Shown: piece by piece, positions 9,963 through 17,618 of the stretch
How the letters are laid out: each line of letters starts with the position of its first letter
Position numbering within the stretch: position 1 is the stretch's first letter
NCBI GenBank assembly: GCA_963662265.2
Contig: CAXXHA010000036.1
Coordinates: 14,247-38,246 of the forward strand
Origin: Spirochaetia bacterium
Lineage (GTDB): Bacteria; Spirochaetota; Spirochaetia; CADAEX01
DNA length: 24,000 bases
Direction: 5' to 3'
The notes under the pieces: generated by a model
The model's database searches: none
What the model was told of the DNA's origin: nothing
What the model saw: the letters and a program-made list of their open reading frames with translations, nothing else
Translations under genes and position numbers: made by a program

Positions 9963-12680
9963 TCAGACTCTTGCTTCCAGGGTATTTTCAATTTTTTCGA
10001 GCAGAATTTCGGCATCTTTATACCTGTAGTTTTTTATCATCCTGAACAGGGTTAGTGTATTTTTCCTGGTAGAGTCAGGAAGAATAAAATTCTCGATTTC
10101 TTCCATAATTTCCATACAGCATTTTGGATTATGTTTTTTCACCTTCTGTTTCAGCAGCTCCAGCTGTTTTATCAGCTCTTCAGTTCTTATCTCTGATTTT
10201 CCGTTCTGTTCTTTTTTATTCTGTCCATTCAATATTTCAAAACCTGCTGAAATTGAGTGTATGAGACTCCTGAGTTCTTTGTTGAAATCAATAAACAGCT
10301 GACATTCGGTTTCAGATCCTTTTACCTTTAACTCGCTGTTAAGGAGTTCCGCTTTTTTCATCAGTTCGCAGGCTCCGAGATTTCCTGATGCTCCTTTAAT
10401 TGTGTGAACTGTTCTTGTAACTGCATCCCAGTCATTCCGGATCATTAAATCTGTAATATCATCATCTGCTGTTTTGAAATCTTCATAAAATTTGAGAACA
10501 AGATTTTTAAACAGCTTTTTATTGTTTCCTACCCGTTTCAATCCCTCTTCACAGCTGATTCCGTCTATTTCCGGAATATCACATTCAAACAAACTTTCAT
10601 CTTTAGTATTTGCATTTGTTTCTCTTTCGGCAGGAGCAATCCATTTTACAAGTACGTTCCACAGCTCTCCCGGGTTAAAAGGTTTTGTGACATAGTCATT
10701 CATCCCAATATCAAGGACTTTTTCCTTTACTCCTACCATGGCATCAGCTGTCATAGCTATAATCGGAATATCCTGAAACCGGCTGTCTTTTCTTATCTCT
10801 TTAGTGGCACAGTACCCATCCATTTCAGGCATCTGAAGATCCATCAATACACAGTCATGACTGGTGGATATTTTTGACAGTGCGTCAATCCCGTTCTTTG
10901 CTATATCAACAAAAAACCCTTCATGTTCAAGAAATTCACCTGCAACCTGCTGATTTATTTCATTATCCTCAACAAGAAGTATTTTTGCCCCGATTATCCT
11001 GTTGAAATCTTCCGGTTTTTCTTCGGCATTCTTTCTGATCTTCCCGGCTTTCTGTTGTGACAGTTTTCCGAATACAGATATTATTGTATCCAGCAGCATG
11101 GAAGGATTGACCGGTTTTATAAGGAAGCCGTCCAGGTTATCCCTGTCTGCTTGGCTGATAATATCTTCTCTTCCAATGCTTGTTATCATTATGATTTTAG
11201 GCTGATGTATATTTTCAAGCTTTCTGATTTTTCTAATCAATTCAAAACCATCCATTTCCGGCATCTTGTAGTCAATAAGAGCAAGGTCGTAATTTTTATC
11301 TCCCGAAGCCTGGTTCTGGATAAAATTACGTAAAGCAAGATTTCCATCAGGAAGCGCGGTTGCATCAAAGTTGAAATCATTTAAATAGGAGAGCAGGACT
11401 TCCCTTGCTGTTTCATTATCATCAACAACCATGACTTTTAATCCTGTTAATTCTTCTGCCGCTGTTTTTTTCTTTTCCTCATTCCCTTTCTCCAGTTCAG
11501 CTGTAAAGTAAAAACAGCTTCCTCTGCCGAACCTGCTTTCAACACCTATTTCACCGCCCATTAATTCAGACAGTTTTTTACTGATTGCGAGTCCGAGACC
11601 TGTTCCTCCGTATTTACGTGTTGTAGATGTATCAGCCTGGGAAAATGATTTGAACAGCTTCGCCTTCTGATCATCTGTTAGACCAATGCCTGTATCGGAA
11701 ACTTCAAATCTGATAATGACAGAATTGTCTTTTATTTCCTGGAGACTGACAGTGACGACTATTTCCCCTTCAGAGGTGAATTTAATTGCATTATTTGTCA
11801 GGTTCAGAAGTATCTGCCCGAGCCGGAGTGGGTCGCCTACCAGGTTGTTCGGAATATTGAGGTCCTGGCTGAAAATCAGTTCAAGCTCCTTGTTATTGAC
11901 TTTCTCTCCGATAATGCTTGCCAGGTTATCAAGCACTTCATTAAGCAGGAATCCTGTTTTTTCGATATCCATTTTGCCAGCTTCAATTTTTGAGAAATCA
12001 AGTATATCGTTGATAATTCCGAGCAGGTTGTTGGATGACCGGCTGATTTTATACACATAGTCCTGCTGTCTTTCTGTTAAATCTGTTTTGGTAAGCAGGT
12101 TGCTGAGTCCTATTATTGCATTCATCGGGGTTCTTATTTCATGGCTCATATTTGCCAGAAAGTCGCCTTTTGCTTTTGTTGCTGATTCAGCCTCCTGTTT
12201 TGCCGCAGTAAGCTCATCCATCATTGTCTGAAGTTCAGTGTTTTTCATTTTAATATTATGAAAAAGCGATTCTCTGGTAGGCTGAATAATAAGTTCCCTG
12301 CACTGCTGAAACAAATCTTCTGATAATGTGTTTTTATCCAGTGGTATTTTCAGAAAAACACTTATTGAATCTTTTCTGTTGTCTGATTTATTTATTATGC
12401 AGTTATTAAAAAAGCTTTTCAGTTCAGTTTCTGAAATATCGGAATTGAATGGTGTAATATCAAGTATGAGTTTTTCAGGTTTTTCATTGTTGACACTTAT
12501 AACCAGTTCTGAACATATGATGTTGTTTCCATCCAGGCATACCAGCTCAGAGAGTATTGTTGCGTTTCGGGTTGATTTAATTTCAGAAAAACCCAGAAGC
12601 AGAGATAATTGAAATATCTTTTTCCTGAACATTATCAGGTTAAGATATGTTTCTTCAGTTATTGCCCCTAAATTTATCAT
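9963..12680 (-). CDS. Cytoplasmic hybrid histidine kinase: degenerate RsbT-like N-terminus - HisKA - HATPase - REC - REC - Hpt
   Basis: 905 aa, no TM segment. H-box [18 protein letters not shown] (His180), N-box [13 protein letters not shown]-boxes VSDTGIGL / [13 protein letters not shown]1 [21 protein letters not shown]2 [23 protein letters not shown], Hpt [16 protein letters not shown] overlaps the rsbX stop codon (ATGA). Confidence 0.95.
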   Translation of the reverse strand: MINLGAITEETYLNLIMFRKKIFQLSLLLGFSEIKSTRNATILSELVCLDGNNIICSELVISVNNEKPEKLILDITPFNSDISETELKSFFNNCIINKSDNRKDSISVFLKIPLDKNTLSEDLFQQCRELIIQPTRESLFHNIKMKNTELQTMMDELTAAKQEAESATKAKGDFLANMSHEIRTPMNAIIGLSNLLTKTDLTERQQDYVYKISRSSNNLLGIINDILDFSKIEAGKMDIEKTGFLLNEVLDNLASIIGEKVNNKELELIFSQDLNIPNNLVGDPLRLGQILLNLTNNAIKFTSEGEIVVTVSLQEIKDNSVIIRFEVSDTGIGLTDDQKAKLFKSFSQADTSTTRKYGGTGLGLAISKKLSELMGGEIGVESRFGRGSCFYFTAELEKGNEEKKKTAAEELTGLKVMVVDDNETAREVLLSYLNDFNFDATALPDGNLALRNFIQNQASGDKNYDLALIDYKMPEMDGFELIRKIRKLENIHQPKIIMITSIGREDIISQADRDNLDGFLIKPVNPSMLLDTIISVFGKLSQQKAGKIRKNAEEKPEDFNRIIGAKILLVEDNEINQQVAGEFLEHEGFFVDIAKNGIDALSKISTSHDCVLMDLQMPEMDGYCATKEIRKDSRFQDIPIIAMTADAMVGVKEKVLDIGMNDYVTKPFNPGELWNVLVKWIAPAERETNANTKDESLFECDIPEIDGISCEEGLKRVGNNKKLFKNLVLKFYEDFKTADDDITDLMIRNDWDAVTRTVHTIKGASGNLGACELMKKAELLNSELKVKGSETECQLFIDFNKELRSLIHSISAGFEILNGQNKKEQNGKSEIRTEELIKQLELLKQKVKKHNPKCCMEIMEEIENFILPDSTRKNTLTLFRMIKNYRYKDAEILLEKIENTLEARV
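12336..12653 (-). other. Domain: degenerate RsbT/anti-sigma-type GHKL (pseudo-ATPase) at the N-terminus of the hybrid kinase
   Basis: Residues ~10-115: [49 protein letters not shown]. These align by eye with the neighbouring RsbT SVIMTREFCEKLNFDRNEQSLIATAVSELTTNI..ILIVVQDDGPGIDDIS. The N-box Asn and the G1 glycines are absent. Confidence 0.6.
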
Positions 12681-13261
12681 TTTACGTTCCTTATAATTAT
12701 ACAGGAAGCATCATCATTTTTACGGAAATTCTTGAACAGCTTTCCTGCAATATCTTCTGATGAGCCTGAAAGCAATCCGGGGAAGTTATCAAGCGGAAGA
12801 TTATCCTTTATACCGTCAGAGCAGAGGATAAGGATATCACCTCTTAAAAGCCTGTCATTTATCATACACGGGTTCGGCATGGAATAACCCAGTACCCCGT
12901 TCCTGGAGATTAAGGATCTCTTTTCAATTCCGTAAATTACCGCGCTTATATTGCCTATTCCGGAAAAAAGAATAGAGTTGTCTTCAGAGCTGATGCAGCA
13001 GGCAGCAGCTACGGCGCCCCTTGTCCCTTTTAGAAATTCATCAAGCCTTGTAATTATTTTTACAGGATCCGGCTCCAGTTTATCCTGCAAAAATATTTCT
13101 ATTTCCTCGGCAAGACCGGCTGCTTCATCCCCATGTCCGAGAACATCAATCAGGACAGCATAGAGATAATCCTCTTTTTCCTGAATTATGGCAGTATCTC
13201 CGCACCCTTTTTCACCGTAAATCGCATCTTTATATATTTTAATATCAAGCAGATTTTCCAC
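12677..13261 (-). CDS. rsbX: RsbX-like PP2C/SpoIIE-type protein phosphatase
   Basis: 194 aa, GTG start directly abutting the rsbT TAG. Motifs [49 protein letters not shown]. Position immediately after rsbT matches known stressosome loci. Confidence 0.88.
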   Translation of the reverse strand: MENLLDIKIYKDAIYGEKGCGDTAIIQEKEDYLYAVLIDVLGHGDEAAGLAEEIEIFLQDKLEPDPVKIITRLDEFLKGTRGAVAAACCISSEDNSILFSGIGNISAVIYGIEKRSLISRNGVLGYSMPNPCMINDRLLRGDILILCSDGIKDNLPLDNFPGLLSGSSEDIAGKLFKNFRKNDDASCIIIRNVK

Positions 13262-13687
13262 CTATATTCTCCATTTTGTCACTGTAATCCTGGTTCCCCG
13301 GCCTGTCCCTGATTCTATTTCCAGGGAATCCATTATTTCCTTAACACTGGAAAGTCCGAGTCCAAGGCTGTCCCCTGTTGAATATTCCGGAGCAACAGCT
13401 GCACTGATATCATCAATACCGGGCCCGTCGTCCTGTACAACGATCAGTATGCCGGTTCTTCTGCCGTCTGTTATCTTATGGTAAAATACATGTCCTGAGT
13501 CTGCATAGCGGACAATATTTGTAGTCAGTTCAGATACAGCTGTTGCTATAAGTGACTGCTCGTTTCTGTCGAAATTAAGTTTTTCACAGAATTCCCTTGT
13601 CATTATTACTGAATAGGCAATATCTGCAGAATGCTCAATTTTGATGCTTAACTGTGATTCACTTTTTTTATATTTCAATTCACACAT
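13262..13687 (-). CDS. rsbT: RsbT-like serine/threonine protein kinase (GHKL fold switch protein)
   Basis: ATAVSELTTNIVRYA (N box), VVQDDGPGI (G1), GDSLGLGLSSVKEIMD (G2), GRGTRITVTKWRI. The track ORF starts at 13756, but ATG 13687 (MCELKYKK) overlaps the rsbS stop (ATGTGTGA), giving 141 aa, similar in size to known RsbT. Confidence 0.92.
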   Translation of the reverse strand: MCELKYKKSESQLSIKIEHSADIAYSVIMTREFCEKLNFDRNEQSLIATAVSELTTNIVRYADSGHVFYHKITDGRRTGILIVVQDDGPGIDDISAAVAPEYSTGDSLGLGLSSVKEIMDSLEIESGTGRGTRITVTKWRI

Positions 13688-14078
13688 CTGTATATTCCAA
13701 TCCGATTTTTTCCTGGTCAGGGGAGGTGTTTTCCAGCATTTTGATCCCCTCTTCAAGGTCTGATGCTATATTGAGAGAATCAAAATCAACGCTGAGATCA
13801 ACAAGTGTGGATGCAACTCCCGGCTTGAAACCGGTGAAAACAGTCTGTCCTCCCATCAGGCAGATCATTTTCCCTGTCTGGACAAGGGCTGTAAATGTTT
13901 TTCTGTCCATGACATTTATAGCAGAAACATCAACTAGGACTTTTTTCACTGAATGTCTGTTTATTCTTCCAAGTATGTTTTTCTGAAACAGGAGAAGTGT
14001 ATCCAGACTGAAATCTTCCGGAAGCGGAATTATGAGGCAGTCACTTATAATATGGGCATTTAAACTGTTTTCTGCCAT
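13680..14078 (-). CDS. rsbS: RsbS-like single STAS-domain stressosome scaffold
   Basis: 132 aa: LVDVSAINVMDRKTFTALVQTGKMICLMGGQTVFTGFKPGVASTLVDLSVDFDSLNIASDLEEGIKMLE. Same layout as RsbS (LxGxxPxVAxTLxxLG..ALDLEQGL), located between rsbR and rsbT. Confidence 0.9.
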   Translation of the reverse strand: MAENSLNAHIISDCLIIPLPEDFSLDTLLLFQKNILGRINRHSVKKVLVDVSAINVMDRKTFTALVQTGKMICLMGGQTVFTGFKPGVASTLVDLSVDFDSLNIASDLEEGIKMLENTSPDQEKIGLEYTDV

Positions 14079-14079
14079 T

Positions 14080-14880
14080 TTAAATGCTCTTTTTATTATC
14101 GCTTACTTCAAGGTCGAGTATGCTGAAGGCGCCTCCCAGCGCTTCCTGTAAATTTGAATGAGTCAGAATTGTCCCAAGTTCTACACCAAGGGTGACAAGA
14201 GTCTGTGCAACAGATGGCGATATGCCGGAAATGATGCATTTGCACCCCATAAGGCGGGTTGCTTTTGCAATTTTTATAAGATGGTTTGCTACAGCTGTAT
14301 CAACAGTAGCAACCCCCTGAATATCCAGGATAATTATCTTGGAGGAAGTTTCTTTTAATTTGTTCAGCATAGTATCCATCATCTGCTGGGCCCTGTATGA
14401 ATCCACAACACCTACTATAGGCAGAACGAGGATCCTGTCCCACAGCTGAATAACCGGTGTTGATATTTCGAGAATTGTTCTGCTCTGCTCTTTGAGTTTT
14501 TCCTCTTTTTTTACAACTTCCGAGATATCAATTATATATTCGAGGCCTCCGATTATTTCACCGTCTTTATTCCGAAGGACATCAGCCGTATACTCGATAG
14601 GTACAGGTTTATTGTCAAGGTAAACAATGTTTCTCACAGTTGCAACAGATTCACCATTCATGACATGTTTCATCCTGCAGTTGCCGTTTTTACAGTGATC
14701 CGAATCAAACAGGGTGAAGCAGAAATTTGAATCAATATCCTCCCATTTTGAATTTGTCATTTCCAGACCAGCCTTGTTCATGAATATGATTTTAAAATCT
14801 TTATCAATTGCCATTACAGGAGTGGGGAGCTGGTTGAGGATATCTTCACTGAATGAATTGTTTTTTTCACTTTTATTCAT
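14080..14880 (-). CDS. rsbR: RsbR-like stressosome sensor, PAS + STAS
   Basis: 266 aa. N-terminal PAS (LPTPVMAIDKDFKIIFMNKAGLEMT..GGLEYIIDIS), then an RsbR-type STAS: IQLWDRILVLPIVGVVDSYRAQQMMDTML..IILDIQGVATVDTAVANHLIKIAKATRLMGCKCIISGISPSVAQTLVTLGVEL. Both canonical phospho-Thr positions are kept (T195, T227). Confidence 0.93.
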   Translation of the reverse strand: MNKSEKNNSFSEDILNQLPTPVMAIDKDFKIIFMNKAGLEMTNSKWEDIDSNFCFTLFDSDHCKNGNCRMKHVMNGESVATVRNIVYLDNKPVPIEYTADVLRNKDGEIIGGLEYIIDISEVVKKEEKLKEQSRTILEISTPVIQLWDRILVLPIVGVVDSYRAQQMMDTMLNKLKETSSKIIILDIQGVATVDTAVANHLIKIAKATRLMGCKCIISGISPSVAQTLVTLGVELGTILTHSNLQEALGGAFSILDLEVSDNKKSI

Positions 14881-14916
14881 ATGGAATTCCGCCTTTTTTA
14901 AAATATTTACTAATTA

Positions 14917-14945
14917 ATTATAGTAAAATAAAATTCAATTCTCCA
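14917..14945 (-). promoter_or_regulatory. Candidate sigma70-like promoter for the rsbRSTX-kinase operon
   Basis: On the minus strand, TGGAGA (14945-14940), 17-nt spacer, TATAAT (14922-14917), about 37 nt upstream of the rsbR ATG. The -35 match is only 4/6 and the region is AT-rich. Confidence 0.35.
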
Positions 14946-15314
14946 ATTATTCATTAAAAAAACAGGAAATATTATTATTAAAAAAACGGAATAGATAAAA
15001 AATATGTTAATACGCAGACAGGCTGAATCTGTTTCAATAGTTAATGCCGGTTTTAATTAAAAAAAGTAAAATGACATTGTAATCAGCTTTCCAATAAATT
15101 ATATTATTATAATGAATAAAATTATATTTTAAACTAAGGAAGTATTATTCAGAAATAGTGATAATAAAAAGTTGTATAAGAAATTGTTTTTATTTCTAAT
15201 TTATAGCGTAAAGAACCCCTCATCAAATGATTCCTCCATGCAGAATTGCCAGAAGAAATAAATAATCAATTCCTCTGATAATACAAAACAGTTATTTAAT
15301 GAAGGAATTCCGTT

Positions 15315-16424
15315 ATGAAAAATATTTTAAGCAGATCAACACTGCTGCTGGTTGATGATACTCCTCACAATATTGATTTCCTTATCAATACAATTGGAAA
15401 TACTTACAATCTTATAATTGCCACTAATGGTGAAGATGCTCTTGCAGCTGCTGATGAGTCAGTTCCCGATCTTATTCTGCTTGATATTCTGATGCCGGGA
15501 ATGGACGGGTTTGAGGTTTGTACCAGGCTGAAACAGAATAAAAAGACCTGTGAAATACCGGTGATTTTTTTATCTGCGGTTACTGAAGTAGACCAGAAAA
15601 CAAGGGGATTTTCGCTTGGTGCTGCTGATTACATAACAAAGCCTTTTAATGTGCAGGAAGTTTCAGCACGTGTTGAAACTCACCTGGCTGCAAAATTTGC
15701 AAGGGACTGCCTGATGAATCAGAATAATATACTGGAAAATATAGTAAGGGAAAGAACCAGTGAGATCATGGCTACACAGGATATAACAATAAGAATGGCT
15801 GCATCCCTTGCAGAAACCAGGGATAATGATACAGGGAATCATATTATAAGAACACAGATGTATGTGAAGAAACTCGCGGAAAAACTTTCGATGGAGAGTA
15901 AATACCGCAGTCAGCTGGATGATAAAACTATCGATTTGCTTGTTAAATCATCCCCTCTCCATGATATCGGCAAGATTGGTGTAACAGACAGGGTTCTTCT
16001 TAAACCGGGCAGGCTTGATGATAATGAATTTACAGAGATGAAAATGCATACTGTATTTGGCTATAATGCCCTGCTTAAAGCGGAAAAGGAGATGAAGAGT
16101 GATTCTTTTTTGACAATATCAAGAGAAATTGCATATACACATCATGAAAAATGGAATGGAACAGGTTACCCGCAGGGGTTGAAAGGGGAAGATATTCCTC
16201 TTTCAGGAAGAATCATGGCTGTTGCTGATGTTTATGATGCGCTTGTTACAAGAAGAATATATAAGCCTCCTGTAAGCCATGATGAGGCTGTTTCAATCAT
16301 GTGCGAGGGGAGGGGAACTCATTTTGATCCGGTTCTCACTGATTGTTTCCTGCAGATCAACGGGGAATTCAGAACGATAGCTGTAGCTCTTTCTGAAGCG
16401 GATGATATAAAAAATGACTTGTAA
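15315..16424 (+). CDS. Response regulator, REC - HD-GYP (probable cyclic-di-GMP phosphodiesterase)
   Basis: REC: LLVDDTPHN..LILLDILMPGMDGFEVC..KPFNVQEV. HD-GYP: SSPLHDIGKIGVTDRVLLKPGRLDDNEFTEMKMHTVFG..YTHHEKWNGTGYPQGLKGEDIPLSGRIMAVADVYDALVTRRIYK. Confidence 0.95.
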   Translation: MKNILSRSTLLLVDDTPHNIDFLINTIGNTYNLIIATNGEDALAAADESVPDLILLDILMPGMDGFEVCTRLKQNKKTCEIPVIFLSAVTEVDQKTRGFSLGAADYITKPFNVQEVSARVETHLAAKFARDCLMNQNNILENIVRERTSEIMATQDITIRMAASLAETRDNDTGNHIIRTQMYVKKLAEKLSMESKYRSQLDDKTIDLLVKSSPLHDIGKIGVTDRVLLKPGRLDDNEFTEMKMHTVFGYNALLKAEKEMKSDSFLTISREIAYTHHEKWNGTGYPQGLKGEDIPLSGRIMAVADVYDALVTRRIYKPPVSHDEAVSIMCEGRGTHFDPVLTDCFLQINGEFRTIAVALSEADDIKNDL

Positions 16425-16485
16425 ACAGTAATAAATAATAATTTACGGGTGAAAATAATAAGTAGCCTTATCAGGGGAGAAAATT

Positions 16486-17601
16486 ATGTCAGATTTTATC
16501 AGTGATGCTGTTGTACTGATTGTTGATGATACTCCGCAGAATATTGATATATTACTTGAATCTCTGGGAGATTTGTATTCTATCCAGGTTGCAGTCAACG
16601 GTAAAGAGGCTCTTGAAGCAGTAGCGGAAGATCCTCCCGATTTAATACTTCTGGATGTTCTGATGCCGGAAATTAACGGTTATGAAGTATGCCGTAGGCT
16701 GAAGAATGATTTCCCGGCTGCTGATATCCCGGTGATTTTTCTCACAGCTCTTTCTGAAATGGATCAGAAAACAAAGGGGTTTGAACTGGGCGCTGTTGAT
16801 TTCATTACAAAACCATTTGATATCCGTGAAGTTAAAGCCCGAGTAAAGACACATCTTGTAAATAAATTCGCAGGTGATTTCCTTAAAAATCAGAACAGTT
16901 TTCTTGAAACAATGGTGAAAAAAAGAACCTTTCAGATAGAAAATATCCAGAATGTCACAATACGGATGGCTGCTTCTCTGGCGGAAACACGCGACAATGA
17001 AACAGGTGATCATATCAAGCGTACTCAAAAGTATGTTGCCGCATTTTTAAATATGCTGTCAGAAGAAAACTTATACCCGGAATATATAAATGAAGAAAGC
17101 ATTGATCTGATGATCAAGTCGGCCCCTCTTCATGATATAGGGAAAATCGGGGTTGCTGACAAAATACTTCTGAAACCGGGAAAACTCACCAATGAAGAGT
17201 TTGATGAGATGAAAAAACATACAATTTACGGGAATGAATCTCTGCTCAGGGCTGAAGAGGAGATTAAAGATGAATCATTTCTCCGCTTTGCCAGGGAAAT
17301 AGCTTATACACATCATGAGAAGTGGGACGGGTCGGGATACCCTGAAGGGGTATCTGGTGACGAAATACCTCTTTCGGGACGAATAATGGCAATTGCAGAT
17401 GTTTATGATGCTTTGATTTCAAAACGGGTGTATAAACCGCCTTTTACACACAGCAAAGCTGTTTCTATTATAAATGAAGGGAAGGGGCATCATTTTGATC
17501 CCGTTCTTATTGAATGTTTTGGCAAAATTGAAGAATCATTCAGGCAGATTGCTCTTGAGTATGTAGAGAGTGATGATGAACGGGAAGCATTATTAAGATA
17601 A
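16486..17601 (+). CDS. Response regulator, REC - HD-GYP (probable cyclic-di-GMP phosphodiesterase), tandem paralogue
   Basis: REC: LIVDDTPQNIDILLESLG..LILLDVLMPEINGYEVC. HD-GYP: SAPLHDIGKIGVADKILLKPGKLTNEEFDEMKKHTIYG..YTHHEKWDGSGYPEGVSGDEIPLSGRIMAIADVYDALISKRVYK. Confidence 0.95.
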   Translation: MSDFISDAVVLIVDDTPQNIDILLESLGDLYSIQVAVNGKEALEAVAEDPPDLILLDVLMPEINGYEVCRRLKNDFPAADIPVIFLTALSEMDQKTKGFELGAVDFITKPFDIREVKARVKTHLVNKFAGDFLKNQNSFLETMVKKRTFQIENIQNVTIRMAASLAETRDNETGDHIKRTQKYVAAFLNMLSEENLYPEYINEESIDLMIKSAPLHDIGKIGVADKILLKPGKLTNEEFDEMKKHTIYGNESLLRAEEEIKDESFLRFAREIAYTHHEKWDGSGYPEGVSGDEIPLSGRIMAIADVYDALISKRVYKPPFTHSKAVSIINEGKGHHFDPVLIECFGKIEESFRQIALEYVESDDEREALLR

Positions 17602-17618
17602 AAACACAAAGGTAAAAT

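Noticed and set aside
13688-13756. N-terminal extension of RsbT (MKRGSKCWKTPPLTRKKSDWNIQ)
   Set aside because: It lies inside the rsbS 3' end in another frame. ATG 13687 with the ATGTGTGA overlap gives the expected RsbT length.
12677-14880. Interpretation as a sigma-factor partner-switch (RsbV/RsbW/SpoIIAA-AB)
   Set aside because: The order RsbR-S-T-X, the RsbT DxGPG and GLGL motifs, the RsbR T195/T227 pair, and the absence of a sigma factor or RsbW-like anti-sigma in the window favour the stressosome assignment.
15181-15199. Small hairpin agaaat-N7-atttct
   Set aside because: Six-bp AT-dominated stem expected by chance. No adjoining T-tract of terminator type or conserved context.
15186-15214. 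Possible promoter (TTGTTT) toward the first REC-HD-GYP gene
   Set aside because: No acceptable -10 at 16-18 nt spacing. In such AT-rich DNA partial matches are uninformative.
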